Shown piece after piece: positions 35,722 through 45,745 of a stretch of 64,000 nt of DNA. The DNA lies in the sequence record AP017925.1; one strand, written 5' to 3'. Made by a program: the position numbers and the translations under genes. Under the pieces are notes generated by a model. That model was given only the letters and a program-made list of their open reading frames with translations, was not told the DNA's origin and ran no database searches. Each line of letters begins with the position of its first letter. The stretch's first letter is position 1.

Positions 35722-36425
35722 GGTTTTATAGGCTCGTCAAATATGAAATGTGTCTCTGGAAAAGCATTCTCGCTGTCAGGATGTTCGTCGGTCAGAACGA
35801 ATCCATGAGCCGGGATAGCGTAATCCTTTTCCTCTCTAATCATCGTTTTTATCCATTCTTCAGCGAACTCGTCATTTACGAGCATCAGATCGTACGTTGG
35901 TGTGAGTTTTTCATCAACGAAGTCATAGGCACGATCATGGTTTACATATTTGCCATCAACGTACAATCGATTAATGCGGCAAGCGATCGGATGACCGTCA
36001 ACCGTAGTCTCTTTGGCACGTAGTGCTTTGCGGATGAGCTTTGGCACCTCTTGCGCTTTAAAACTAGGATTGAGTACCCTAGGGTCGTATTTCACCGACA
36101 GCAGCGCATGAAGCGTTATATCGCCTTTATGCGATGACTCCTCAGGGAACAATAGCAACGCGACTTCATCGTTGATCCGCTCACCCTCGACTCCGGAGCC
36201 TTTCAGAATCAGTGATTGAAATTTACCATCTTTGTAATTGACGCTGGCCTCTAGGCCGTAGTTGTCGTAAGAAAGTCGGAACTCGCGCGACGGATGCGTC
36301 GCAAGGCACTCCATTACTTTCGCCGTAATATTTTTTCGTGCTATCCGTACACTGCGATGTTTCGGGAATTCCACGGGATGCATTACAATCGATCTTGTCG
36401 AAGGCGTCTTCTTGGGTTTATCCAT
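35718..36425 (-). CDS. degenerate NAD-ligase adenylation-domain paralogue (~235 aa)
   Basis: [33 protein letters not shown] aligns with LigA [33 protein letters not shown], and [10 protein letters not shown] with IPFDIDGMVF. ATGA overlap with ligA. Confidence 0.6.
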   Translation of the reverse strand: [235 protein letters not shown]

Positions 36426-36471
36426 GGTCTCATCTTTCCTCTGTACATATTTTAACCGTCGTAGTAAAAAC

Positions 36472-36512
36472 GGCATAAAACCCACTAAGAAGCCGAAGCC
36501 TCCTAGTGGGTT
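36472..36512 (-). terminator. intrinsic terminator with TTTTATGCC tail
   Basis: GGCATAAAA-CCCACTA...TAGTGGG. Lies inside the N-terminal extension of the track ORF, supporting the later start. Confidence 0.7.
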
Positions 36513-36517
36513 TGTGT

Positions 36518-36793
36518 TTAATGCAGGTGTTTGGTCGGTTCGAAAGGAGTCCACGCAAAAACCTGTCCCGGCGTGAAGACGCTCACAATTTCGTCATCGG
36601 TATCGATGAACACTGGTTCAACCGTGCACGACTCGCCATCGAGGTCGAACGAAATGGTGCCAACGACGGCGCGCAGTTCCTCACCATCACGTAACTGGAT
36701 AATGACGACTTGCCCCTGTTCCGGCCAGTAAGCAGCGGGATGAGGCTCTAGTGATGTTGCATTTTTCCACAACTGGATCATTAACTCAGACAC
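36518..36793 (-). CDS. hypothetical protein (91 aa)
   Basis: RBS AGGAGG. Confidence 0.7.
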   Translation of the reverse strand: MSELMIQLWKNATSLEPHPAAYWPEQGQVVIIQLRDGEELRAVVGTISFDLDGESCTVEPVFIDTDDEIVSVFTPGQVFAWTPFEPTKHLH

Positions 36794-36845
36794 ACTGCAC
36801 CTCCTATCAAGAAGCTCTATAGGATTTAGCAGAGCTTGTTACGTG

Positions 36846-37364
36846 TTACTGAACTGCTGTTTCTTTCGCATCAACGGACTTCTCGTCTTTCTGTTCGGTA
36901 ATACTGTTTTGATTGTTGCGATCTGCATACGAAACATGTGCAGGCAACGCCGCCGGGAGTTTCGGGCGAGAAGCAGCCAAGCTTTGCGGTACAACTGCAT
37001 GATACGGATCATCGCCAGAATACAACTTCGGCTTGGTAGTGGGAGGCATGCGTTGAATTTTCACCGAACGCAAAGGTGCTTCGGTATGGGATGCGGAGGC
37101 AGTACCGAAACGCGGAATATTTACAGTACGGGCTGGCGGTTCAATGTGTGTCGTAGGAGCAGAACCGAAGCGTTGGATGTTTACCTGGCGTGCTGGTGCT
37201 TCGACGTGTGAACTGGATGCAGAGCCAAAGCGCTGGATGCTTACAGCGCGAGCGGGTGCCTCGATATGCGGCGCCGGCACTTGAGACGGAGCAATGATAC
37301 TGACTTTGCCGGCTTGGACTTGACTGGCTGCAAACAGAAGGAAACCTGCGAGGAACATTTTCAT
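36846..37364 (-). CDS. secreted protein with four 20-aa tandem repeats (172 aa)
   Basis: Signal peptide MKMFLAGFLLFAASQVQA followed by HxEAPARxVxIQRFGxAxxx x4. Confidence 0.75.
   Translation of the reverse strand: MKMFLAGFLLFAASQVQAGKVSIIAPSQVPAPHIEAPARAVSIQRFGSASSSHVEAPARQVNIQRFGSAPTTHIEPPARTVNIPRFGTASASHTEAPLRSVKIQRMPPTTKPKLYSGDDPYHAVVPQSLAASRPKLPAALPAHVSYADRNNQNSITEQKDEKSVDAKETAVQ
37040..37268 (-). repeat. imperfect 60-bp coding tandem repeat (~4 copies)
   Basis: HIEAPARAVSIQRFGSASSS / HVEAPARQVNIQRFGSAPTT / HIEPPARTVNIPRFGTASAS / HTEAPLRSVKIQRM. Confidence 0.85.
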
Positions 37365-37390
37365 GATTCTGCCTTTCTTTCTAATAAGGG

Positions 37391-37427
37391 AATAAAGCCC
37401 GGGGATTTCTCCCCGGGCGTTTATGCC
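37391..37427. terminator. symmetric terminator
   Basis: AATAAA-GCCCGGGGA-tttc-TCCCCGGGC-GTTTATGCC. Confidence 0.8.
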
Positions 37428-37433
37428 GCTAGA

Positions 37434-39263
37434 TTAGCGGACGCTGGTGATCGTGATGCGTTCGAAGGTGCCGTTCTTCAGCTTGGCCAGCAGAACCGTG
37501 CCAACACGACAGAAGATACCACCAACACCCTTACCACCGGCAGACACATCCATTGGCATCTTCTTCGACAACTCGGTCAGAGCACGGGAGTGACCGAAGT
37601 GCTCGCTGCGAATCATCGTACCCAAGATGCAGCTGCCATACTGGCTCAGCGCGTTGTAGAAGTTGGGAGCGAAGCCTTCGATGTGAAGGATGTAGCCGCT
37701 GTCCTCTTGTTCAGGACGAGCAACACGGACCACGGCTGCAACATCGATCGATGCCGGCGGAGTAACAATCGAAGTTTCACCAGCCCACTCAGCGATCACG
37801 CTGTAGTGGTACGGTTGAGGAGTCGTCAACAGCAGAGAGGTATCGTGGATACCGTCAACGAAGTTCAGCAGCTGAGCGTGATCACCTTCTTCAGCGGCAG
37901 CGGTAACGAATACCGGCAACATGGAAGTCGATTCATGGGTAATTTCCAGCGACTGATATTCCGACAGACCGCGGATGAACTCGATGAGCGACATGGTCTT
38001 GCGTACTTCGACGTCACCGAGGATCTCATCCATCTTTGCGTTGGCCTTCAGATCCGGGTTCTTCTGCTGCTTCAGTTCACCGAAAGCAGCGTCGAGAGCG
38101 GAACCAACCGGGCCGGCTTCAACTTGCTCTGCAGCAGCCCCTTTCCAGACGACTTGCTTGGCTTCGTCGAGCGGCAACAGGCGACGCGACAGCGAGCCAC
38201 GCAGGTTGTTCTCGGTCAGGAACTTGAACGTTTGTTCGAGCGAAGCTTCGGAGGCTTCGGCCGTCTTCTGTTTGTAGTTCTCGCCGGCAGTGGCTTGCTT
38301 CAACAGGGCCTTAACACGGGTCAGGGCGGCGGCCATGTCGTCGCTGTCTTTCAGCTCAATGGTAACGTCGAGCACGATGCCCAGCAGCGAACCGTTGATG
38401 TGTCGCATCCAGGAGTTGTCGTTCACTTGCAGCAGCGACCACAGGTACAACGGGCCATTGCGCGACTCGGTCTGCACGCGACGCACGCTGCGGATCAGTT
38501 CGACCAGCGCGTCACCGCGACCCAGCGCAGTGTGGTCTTGATCGCCGATGTTGGCTTTGACGTACACGAGTACCTTGGCCAGCAGGTCGACATTCAGCCC
38601 GTGCCAGATGATCTGCTGGAACAGGCGATCCACGTACTGGAAGTCAGCGAACGAAGTACGCTTGCGGTTGTACTCACGCACCAGGTTAACGTCTTCGACG
38701 CCGTAGAAGTGCTGGAAGCCGCCAACAACGCGCTCGGTCAGCAGCTTTTCCGACAGACGTGCCAGCGGCATGTAACCAGGCCGGCTACGCTCGCCGTTGG
38801 ACAGTTCTTCCATGACCTTGGCGATGATCTCATCGGAGTCAGCGATGCTACGAGCTGCTTCGAGAACCGGATAAGACAGCTGACCGTTTTCGTCCATGGC
38901 GGCGATGCCAGCCATTTCAGCCCAAACGCTGCGACAGTAGTCGCAGTTGAAGTGTTGATGCATGCTGGCCGGCAGGGCATTACGCCAATGGAAGAAGTTC
39001 AGCGGACCGTAGCTGGCGAGGTATTCACCCGGACGAGTGCCGTAGGTGGCCTTCTCTTGCACCAGAACTTTGCCGCTTTGCAGAGCTGCGGTAATGTGCG
39101 CGCCGATGGCGCGGCGGAAAGCGTCGTAGGAGCGATCAGCTACGTCTTGATCCGGATGGATGTCGTCGCGACCACCTTCCTTACTTGCTACCGCAGCATC
39201 GACAGCCTCAACGATTTTGGGGGTATTGCTTTGTTCATCCATTACGCTTACTTCGATGTTCAT
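37434..39263 (-). CDS. large hypothetical protein (609 aa) with HFNCDYC motif
   Basis: Strong phage-type codon bias. No family recognised. Confidence 0.8.
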   Translation of the reverse strand: MNIEVSVMDEQSNTPKIVEAVDAAVASKEGGRDDIHPDQDVADRSYDAFRRAIGAHITAALQSGKVLVQEKATYGTRPGEYLASYGPLNFFHWRNALPASMHQHFNCDYCRSVWAEMAGIAAMDENGQLSYPVLEAARSIADSDEIIAKVMEELSNGERSRPGYMPLARLSEKLLTERVVGGFQHFYGVEDVNLVREYNRKRTSFADFQYVDRLFQQIIWHGLNVDLLAKVLVYVKANIGDQDHTALGRGDALVELIRSVRRVQTESRNGPLYLWSLLQVNDNSWMRHINGSLLGIVLDVTIELKDSDDMAAALTRVKALLKQATAGENYKQKTAEASEASLEQTFKFLTENNLRGSLSRRLLPLDEAKQVVWKGAAAEQVEAGPVGSALDAAFGELKQQKNPDLKANAKMDEILGDVEVRKTMSLIEFIRGLSEYQSLEITHESTSMLPVFVTAAAEEGDHAQLLNFVDGIHDTSLLLTTPQPYHYSVIAEWAGETSIVTPPASIDVAAVVRVARPEQEDSGYILHIEGFAPNFYNALSQYGSCILGTMIRSEHFGHSRALTELSKKMPMDVSAGGKGVGGIFCRVGTVLLAKLKNGTFERITITSVR

Positions 39264-39432
39264 GTTTCAACTCTTTCAGATGGTTGTCTCAACTACGATG
39301 GGATTGGCGCTACATATTCTTCAAGCGCCAGGTTAAAAAAGCCACAGCGTCATAAAAGCCCCCGCAACCACATGGCTGCGGAGGCCCTGTTTCTACAGTT
39401 GTGAGAGAGAACTAGGGTGAAGCCAAGGTGAT

Positions 39433-40092
39433 TCAGTAAGTGTTGCGGGCAACGAGCATAGCTGTTGCGACCGGAGGCTCTTTGGCGGCGGCGAAAGTGG
39501 CAGCACTTGCTGAAACAGGATAGTATCCCTTAGGATTTTCGAAACGAGAGGCTACGGTAATGGGAAGCTCATTCTCGAATCGGTACTGAATTTCGGCCTT
39601 CCGGGCCTCGTTGTGACCAGCTTTAAGCTTGGCGTAATAGTTTTTGGCGTTACTGGAGTAACACCGTTGAAGGGCGCGTTTCAAATTGCCGCGGTTGCTA
39701 TCGATACAATCGGAGAGAATCTGAGTTCCCACTTCGATATTCGTTTCGATGTTTGTCGGACTTCGTCCTCGCAGTTTATCACGGTGGAAGCGTGGGACGA
39801 CTTGCATGAGGCCCTGTGCCCCATAGCTACTTCGAGCAGTGGTTCGGAACCGACTTTCGGTTTTGATAAGGGAAATGATCAGAAGCGGGTCCAGCCCTTG
39901 TTTTTTGGCATTGGAGAAAACCGCGTTCACAATACGAACAGCTTCAGCCTTGTGGACTTTGTTGTTCGACTGATCCATAACGACGTTCACCATCGCAGCT
40001 TTGGAGTGAACGATTTCATCGGCGAATGCAGGAAGTGCAATCGTCATCAGCATTGCGATCGCCACAATCGCTCGCTTGATTAGTGCAGTCAT
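39433..40092 (-). CDS. lytic transglycosylase (SLT domain) with signal peptide
   Basis: LIKTESRF (catalytic Glu), GAQGLMQV, NIEVGTQIL. Start moved to MTALIKR. Confidence 0.9.
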   Translation of the reverse strand: MTALIKRAIVAIAMLMTIALPAFADEIVHSKAAMVNVVMDQSNNKVHKAEAVRIVNAVFSNAKKQGLDPLLIISLIKTESRFRTTARSSYGAQGLMQVVPRFHRDKLRGRSPTNIETNIEVGTQILSDCIDSNRGNLKRALQRCYSSNAKNYYAKLKAGHNEARKAEIQYRFENELPITVASRFENPKGYYPVSASAATFAAAKEPPVATAMLVARNTY

Positions 40093-40252
40093 GAGTAACC
40101 TCCATGAGATAGTTGAACCACACACCACTGGTTAGAGTAGTGAGTGATTGAAATAGCCTGATTTCTCTAGGCTATGGCGCGCGCATAGGATATAGGTCAA
40201 GAAAAGGATAAGCGGGCCAGCCGAAGCCAGCCCGCTCCCTTAAGAGTGTGGA

Positions 40253-40636
40253 TTACTTAGAACGCCAGCCGTGATGCACTGCCTCGGAATAGTAACCGCT
40301 CGACGTCCCTAACCAGCGAACATCGACGTAACCCTTCAGAGTTGCGAACTTGTAGAACGTCCAGGTAGACGACTCACCCCATCTCGTATCCTCTTCACTC
40401 TCATGTTCAATCTCTTCAGCCATCAGCAGGGGTGAACCCACTAAGTCTTGAAGATCGCCCACGATAGATTCGATGTTTACGGATTCGCAGCAGTCTTGGT
40501 AATGACAAAACACATACTTCCGCCCATCTTGCAGCGTAAATACGAGTTCATCTTCACCATCTACCTCGATGTGTTCAACATTCACCATCACCTGACCCAG
40601 CAAATCATCCAGCACATTCACGTTAATAGCATTCAT
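40253..40636 (-). CDS. hypothetical protein (127 aa)
   Basis: HYQDCCESV, STWTFYKFAT and GYYSE motifs. RBS GGAG. Confidence 0.75.
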   Translation of the reverse strand: MNAINVNVLDDLLGQVMVNVEHIEVDGEDELVFTLQDGRKYVFCHYQDCCESVNIESIVGDLQDLVGSPLLMAEEIEHESEEDTRWGESSTWTFYKFATLKGYVDVRWLGTSSGYYSEAVHHGWRSK

Positions 40637-40762
40637 TTGTATTCTCCGATTTTGGAAAGCGATCCGCTTCTCGGAAAAACACTAAGTCTGCTATTGGGTC
40701 AGGCTCACTCTTTACTTCAACTGTGATTAATGCGTTACATCTGCATAACTAATGCCATAACG

Positions 40763-40789
40763 GTAATATATTGCCAGCGAATTTTACAG
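40763..40789 (-). promoter_or_regulatory. putative phage early promoter
   Basis: CTGTAAAATTC-GCTGGCA-ATATATTAC on the minus strand. Confidence 0.65.
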
Positions 40790-40845
40790 ACCAAAAATAA
40801 AATGACGACATAAAGGCAGGGCTTTCGCCCTGCCGCTGTGCCGGA

Positions 40846-41856
40846 TTAAATCCAGCGCCGTTCAAACAGTGCCTGGATCATCTCCAGACCCTCGCTTAAG
40901 GGCATGATGAAGCTTGCTGCACACTTATGCCCACCGCCGCCGAAGCGCTCTGCTACTTGCTTAGCGAAGCCCTTCTCTTCGTCGGTAGAGCGTACGTTGA
41001 ATACCACGACATTGCGCTTCACTCGGAAACCGATCGAAACATCCACTTCGAACTTCTTGCAGATGAAACCACCCAGTTGGGAATGAATGATGCCCAAGCC
41101 ATTGTGAACAGCATAGCGCGCGATCTTCACCTTTGTCTTTGGTGGAGTCCACGATCCCTCCGCTACAGGCTGACTCGGGACGTCATCGGGAGGCAGTCCT
41201 ACTTGCTCTTTGGTAACGTTGCAAGGATTGTCCACCCACTCCACGAAATCACCGAAGCCCATATTGCTGCCAACGCTAGTGATGCTGTGCATCACGCTCT
41301 CGTTGTACTGCTCGATGGTCTTGCCGGTCTTGATAGCGTGTTCCATCGCTTCCGGAACAGTGCAGAGCAGATCCCACTTCGCCCAGTTCTGACGAACACG
41401 ATCGAAATGCAACCAGGACTCGAAAGCACCAGTGTCAGGGTACTTCCATGCCCACATGTCGAAGTCATCAACCAGCAAGCAAGCCAGCGGCGCCGAACTA
41501 TCGGGGAAGAAGTATTCCCATGCCAACAGAGCACCAGACTTGGTCTTATCGAAGAAGGCGTACGGCGCGGCCTTCAATTGCTCTTCAGCAGTAGCGTGGT
41601 GATCGAGTACCTTCAGCAGGCCGACTTTCTCGTAGACCTTGTCGAGAGTCTGACGATCGTACGAGAAGTCCAGAATGTAGACCTGGTCTTCTTTGGTGAA
41701 GGAATCGATGTCGTACGGAAAGGGTTGCTTGTATTGAACTTCCCGGAACTGGATGGTGCTAACATCGATCCCGATGTTATCCTTGAAATGGCGCCAAGCA
41801 GCGTACGCGGCGAATCTGCCATCCGAATCCGCGTGATGTAAAACGTAAATGGTCAT
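40846..41856 (-). CDS. DHH/DHHA1 phosphoesterase
   Basis: HHADSDG, LDFS, LDHH, DDFDMW and GGGGHKCAASF. Start moved to MTIYVLH because a terminator occupies 41910..41940. Confidence 0.9.
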   Translation of the reverse strand: MTIYVLHHADSDGRFAAYAAWRHFKDNIGIDVSTIQFREVQYKQPFPYDIDSFTKEDQVYILDFSYDRQTLDKVYEKVGLLKVLDHHATAEEQLKAAPYAFFDKTKSGALLAWEYFFPDSSAPLACLLVDDFDMWAWKYPDTGAFESWLHFDRVRQNWAKWDLLCTVPEAMEHAIKTGKTIEQYNESVMHSITSVGSNMGFGDFVEWVDNPCNVTKEQVGLPPDDVPSQPVAEGSWTPPKTKVKIARYAVHNGLGIIHSQLGGFICKKFEVDVSIGFRVKRNVVVFNVRSTDEEKGFAKQVAERFGGGGHKCAASFIMPLSEGLEMIQALFERRWI

Positions 41857-41945
41857 GGTAGGGTCTTTTCGAAAGGGATGCCATACAAAACCCAACTCGT
41901 GTAATAAACGGCATAAAGCGAGTGGGTTTCCCCACTCGCCCACAC

Positions 41946-44201
41946 TTACCAGCTAAGCTTCGTTGGTGCTGCGATGATAACCGTCTCCGATTCTGCCCCT
42001 ACCGACAGCGATACGCTGCGATGAGTTCTAACGTGAGGACCGCCGTGTACCCATTCCGCGCCATCGGAGAAGTAATGGAACGGATCGAGGCTTTCTTCAC
42101 CAGATACCAGGGATGGCTCACTCCGCGATGCGCTCACTGAGTGCTGAGTCAGCTCACTGAGTTCATTATCGATAAAACCAAAGAACTCATGACCGTCAAC
42201 CAGCTCCTCCAGACCCACTGACGAACCAGCCGTACCCAGCATCGCTTCGACTTGAGACTTGGACCATGCCATGATGTCCAGAGAACGAGTGGAGATGTTA
42301 GGCTCCTTGCCCGTATCCAGATACACGTCCCAGATTTGCACGACTTCAGTCTGACCCAGACGATCCACACGCGAGCAAGCCTGTTCGTATTCGTGATCCC
42401 GGAACGGAGCATTCAGGAACACGACAGAGTTGGCCATGATCAGCGGTACTGCAGTGGACAGAGACTGCAGCGTAGCGATCAGCGGATTGCTGCGCTTGTC
42501 CTTATCGAACTGCGAAACAATCTGCGGAAGTTCACCGTTTGTCTGTCCGTAGACTTTCAGCGGGAAACCACCCTCGTCACGAATGATCTCTGCGCAGCGA
42601 TCGACCACTTCGACGTAACTCGTGAATACCACCGTCTTCTTGATGGAGTTCTCGATGATGTCAACCAGTGTAGTGTCGAACTTCTCACCCGTCTGCATAT
42701 CGGTGACTTTGTACGAGTCCCAGGCAGATAGCATGTCCACGTTACACTGTGTCCGCTTCTTGCCGAGGATACGACCCAAAGCCTCGCCTTGCACTTTGAG
42801 CTTCACGTACTTGTAAACCGAACGAGAGTCTTTGAACGACTCTTTCAGTTCCTTCGGTAGAGCCGGGAGGATAAATTTCTTCTCATAGGCGTTACAGAAG
42901 ATCGGTTCGGTCTTGTGCACCATCGGATCGTACGAGGTATGCAGCAGCTTCGCAGTGCGTACGTATTCATCGAAGGCCTTGACTTCCGCAGAGGTCTTCA
43001 GGGTACGTTCGTAGAAGCGCAGACCAGCTTGGTAGTTCTCGATGTACGTCTTCATGTTCGCCCGGTAGTAATCCAGACGTTCCTTGACGAACTTCGTCAT
43101 TTCCTTGCTGATGTTCGCCAGCGTGTAGTCGTCGCCATTCTTCAGCGTGACATCCACTCGGTACTTCTCCACCGTGTTGCCAACGATCTGCTGTTTGTCG
43201 ATCTTGAAGGTCATGTACCCCAAGCGGTGAGCAAGGATGTCCAGACCACGAGCCGAGGAGAGGCCGAAGATGGCGCGGAAGCGCTCTTCTGCTTCCTGAT
43301 CGAAGAACGGGTCGATCGAACGCAGGATCGGAATCACTTCCGAACCCATGGCCTTGATCGGAGTACCGGACGTCCAGAGAACGTCTTGGCAGTCAACGAT
43401 CTTGCAGAGCTGCAAGAACAGCTCGGTACGCATCGACTTCAGTTCGTTCAGGTTGTGCGACTCATCCAGAACGATGTTGATCTTCTTGCCTTTGAAGGCC
43501 GGATCTTTGAAGAACTCGACCATTCGGTCAAGTTGCTCGTAGTGAGCTACGTAGTAGCGGTAGCCTTTCTTCAGCTCGTCACCCGAAGTCGAGTACCAGT
43601 ACGGCTGCTTCTCTTTGAAGATCCACGACAGAGTGTCGTGCCAAACGCGCTCCACCGCATTCTTCGGCACGATACAGATCGTGATATCCGTTTCCAGACA
43701 TTCCGAGACAGCAATAGCTGCGATCGTCTTACCCGAACCCGGAGCCGCACCAAGGATGGCACCTTTCAACTGCCAGCGAGATACTGACTCGTTGTAATAC
43801 GCCAAGAACTGATTCTGATGCGGAAGCATGTCCTTGGTCAGGCGATTCAGGGCTTTGAGATTCAGGCGCGGGGTGAACGTCTCGGCAAAGGCCGTCTTCA
43901 TCCAGGTGTTGGTTTGCAGCTGGTCAATTACTTCTTGCAATGCGTTACGATTCACACGAGCGCGACGCTCACCCATCAGGCGCTTACAGACGTAGTAGAA
44001 GTCAGGAGCGAAGAAGGGATGGAAGTCCAGCTGGCGGCTTTTAACCTTACGGAATAGGTTGCCGGAGATCTTGCTCGTCTTCCAGAGCTTATCGATCTCG
44101 TAAAGGAAAGGTGGCATTTTCATGCCAAGGACGCGGATGGTTCTCAGATCAATCTGATTGACCTCCGTGCCCGTAAAAAATGACAGAGCTGATTCGAACA
44201 T
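41946..44201 (-). CDS. SF2 helicase (SNF2-like)
   Basis: GAAPGSGKT (motif I), LDESHN (II), SGTP (III), QACSRVDRLGQ (VI). Start MFESAL assumed. Confidence 0.88.
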   Translation of the reverse strand: MFESALSFFTGTEVNQIDLRTIRVLGMKMPPFLYEIDKLWKTSKISGNLFRKVKSRQLDFHPFFAPDFYYVCKRLMGERRARVNRNALQEVIDQLQTNTWMKTAFAETFTPRLNLKALNRLTKDMLPHQNQFLAYYNESVSRWQLKGAILGAAPGSGKTIAAIAVSECLETDITICIVPKNAVERVWHDTLSWIFKEKQPYWYSTSGDELKKGYRYYVAHYEQLDRMVEFFKDPAFKGKKINIVLDESHNLNELKSMRTELFLQLCKIVDCQDVLWTSGTPIKAMGSEVIPILRSIDPFFDQEAEERFRAIFGLSSARGLDILAHRLGYMTFKIDKQQIVGNTVEKYRVDVTLKNGDDYTLANISKEMTKFVKERLDYYRANMKTYIENYQAGLRFYERTLKTSAEVKAFDEYVRTAKLLHTSYDPMVHKTEPIFCNAYEKKFILPALPKELKESFKDSRSVYKYVKLKVQGEALGRILGKKRTQCNVDMLSAWDSYKVTDMQTGEKFDTTLVDIIENSIKKTVVFTSYVEVVDRCAEIIRDEGGFPLKVYGQTNGELPQIVSQFDKDKRSNPLIATLQSLSTAVPLIMANSVVFLNAPFRDHEYEQACSRVDRLGQTEVVQIWDVYLDTGKEPNISTRSLDIMAWSKSQVEAMLGTAGSSVGLEELVDGHEFFGFIDNELSELTQHSVSASRSEPSLVSGEESLDPFHYFSDGAEWVHGGPHVRTHRSVSLSVGAESETVIIAAPTKLSW

Positions 44202-44278
44202 GATCTTTGGCTTCTGGGGAAAAATAGGGCTCAAAAGATTGGTCGTATCAGCCGTGTGAAAACAAAAAATAAAGAGTA

Positions 44279-44310
44279 GACATAAAAGGGAGAGGCCGAA
44301 GCCCCTCCCT
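44279..44310 (-). terminator. intrinsic terminator
   Basis: GACATAAAA-GGGAGAGGC-cgaa-GCCCCTCCC. Confidence 0.75.
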
Positions 44311-44329
44311 CTGAATTCAACTGCCTTTC

Positions 44330-44869
44330 TTATTCAGCAGGGAAGACTGCCTGTACCAACTTGGTGAAGGAAGTCAATGGCATGCTTTCATCTTCAATAG
44401 CCGCAAGCATGCCATGAATTACCGTCTCACGCATGCCGGGGCCATAGTAGATGCTCACGAACTTGCGGATGCGTGCTTCCACTTCATCGGGAGAGATGCA
44501 ACAGCGCTCTACCAGTTCCTTGAATGTCACGAAGTAGACATTGGACATCGGTTCATCTGCGCGGCCACAGGCAGCCGCGATCGTTTTGTGCATGGCCAGA
44601 GACGCAGTAGCCATAGCTGTAGCTATAACGTCATCGTGCACCTGCATCTGTTCAGCCACGTCTTCTACCGATTGCTTCATTTCGAAAGGAACGATCGGCA
44701 GAATAGGTGCACCAGGCGGAGTGTCGAGTTCGCGCTGCATTTGCGCCATGTCGTTACGCAGCTTGATAATGCGTTCACGCAACTCACCGCAGTACATTGA
44801 ATCGTAAAGCGGATTTTCGAGATAACGGTCGACACCATCAACAGCTTCGAATAGTACATCAGAAATCAT
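44330..44869 (-). CDS. paralogue family X member (179 aa; extra N-terminal domain)
   Basis: C-terminal VYFVTFKELVERCCISPDE...FTKLVQAVFPAE. Confidence 0.75.
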   Translation of the reverse strand: MISDVLFEAVDGVDRYLENPLYDSMYCGELRERIIKLRNDMAQMQRELDTPPGAPILPIVPFEMKQSVEDVAEQMQVHDDVIATAMATASLAMHKTIAAACGRADEPMSNVYFVTFKELVERCCISPDEVEARIRKFVSIYYGPGMRETVIHGMLAAIEDESMPLTSFTKLVQAVFPAE

Positions 44870-44886
44870 AACACTCTCCTAATCTC

Positions 44887-45321
44887 CTAAAATGTAGGAG
44901 GATACTTGCCAGAATCGATATCCGCTTGTGTCACGACTTTATCCACCGGTAATCCAGATGAGCCAATTCGTCTCTCTTCAGGAAAGACTGCAGCTATCAG
45001 TTTAACGAAGGTAGGCAGCCCCATGTTTCGATCAATAGATGCCTTCAAGAGGTTGTTGACCAGCATCGGGGCGCTGGAAGCCGAGTATTGGGTATTTGCG
45101 AATTTGCGGACACGCCGTTCCAATTCTTCGGACGTAATCTCGCATTTCATCAGCAACTCATTGAACGCCACGAAGTAAACCGTAGTCAGTTCCGCATCGT
45201 GAAATTTTTTACGATATTGTTCCACGTCCTGTCCGCGCACTCGCGCACGCATAAGCGTTTGTTGCATGTGGTCAGAGACAGCTTGCATAGCGATGCTTAT
45301 GATGTCCTGTTCGTTTGCCAT
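44887..45321 (-). CDS. paralogue family X member (144 aa)
   Basis: VYFVAFNELLMKCEITSEE...FVKLIAAVFPEE. Confidence 0.75.
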   Translation of the reverse strand: MANEQDIISIAMQAVSDHMQQTLMRARVRGQDVEQYRKKFHDAELTTVYFVAFNELLMKCEITSEELERRVRKFANTQYSASSAPMLVNNLLKASIDRNMGLPTFVKLIAAVFPEERRIGSSGLPVDKVVTQADIDSGKYPPTF

Positions 45322-45357
45322 GGTACTTCCTTTCCTTTACAGTGGTGTGGTGCAGCC

Positions 45358-45738
45358 TTATTCATCCCAGTTAGGGCAGAGTTCTGCAGTCCAATCCCAG
45401 CAGCGCGCCATCACTTCACCGACACGCAAGAGACCCTCTCGGTCGCAGGAATGCATGTAGTTGTTCTGGAGTTCGTCCAGTATCCAGTCAGAACAACCAT
45501 CCCACTTTACGCTACCGTGTAGGAAGACTTCCGCATCTTCCAGTTTTTCGACAGGAGACGGAGAAGATGAAGCGTCCTTTTCATGCCAAAGCGGTGCGTC
45601 GTCTGGTCCGATGCCTTCGATATGGTAGACTGTGTATTCCACCCGGTATTCAGCCGGGACCGCTACCACGGTGAAGTTAAGATCCAGAAAATGTTTGATG
45701 TGCTTAACCGGTGCTTCCTGCTTAGTAGGCTGTGACAT
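45358..45738 (-). CDS. hypothetical protein (126 aa)
   Basis: GSVKWDGCSDW motif, RBS AAGGA. Confidence 0.7.
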   Translation of the reverse strand: MSQPTKQEAPVKHIKHFLDLNFTVVAVPAEYRVEYTVYHIEGIGPDDAPLWHEKDASSSPSPVEKLEDAEVFLHGSVKWDGCSDWILDELQNNYMHSCDREGLLRVGEVMARCWDWTAELCPNWDE

Positions 45739-45745
45739 TACTACA

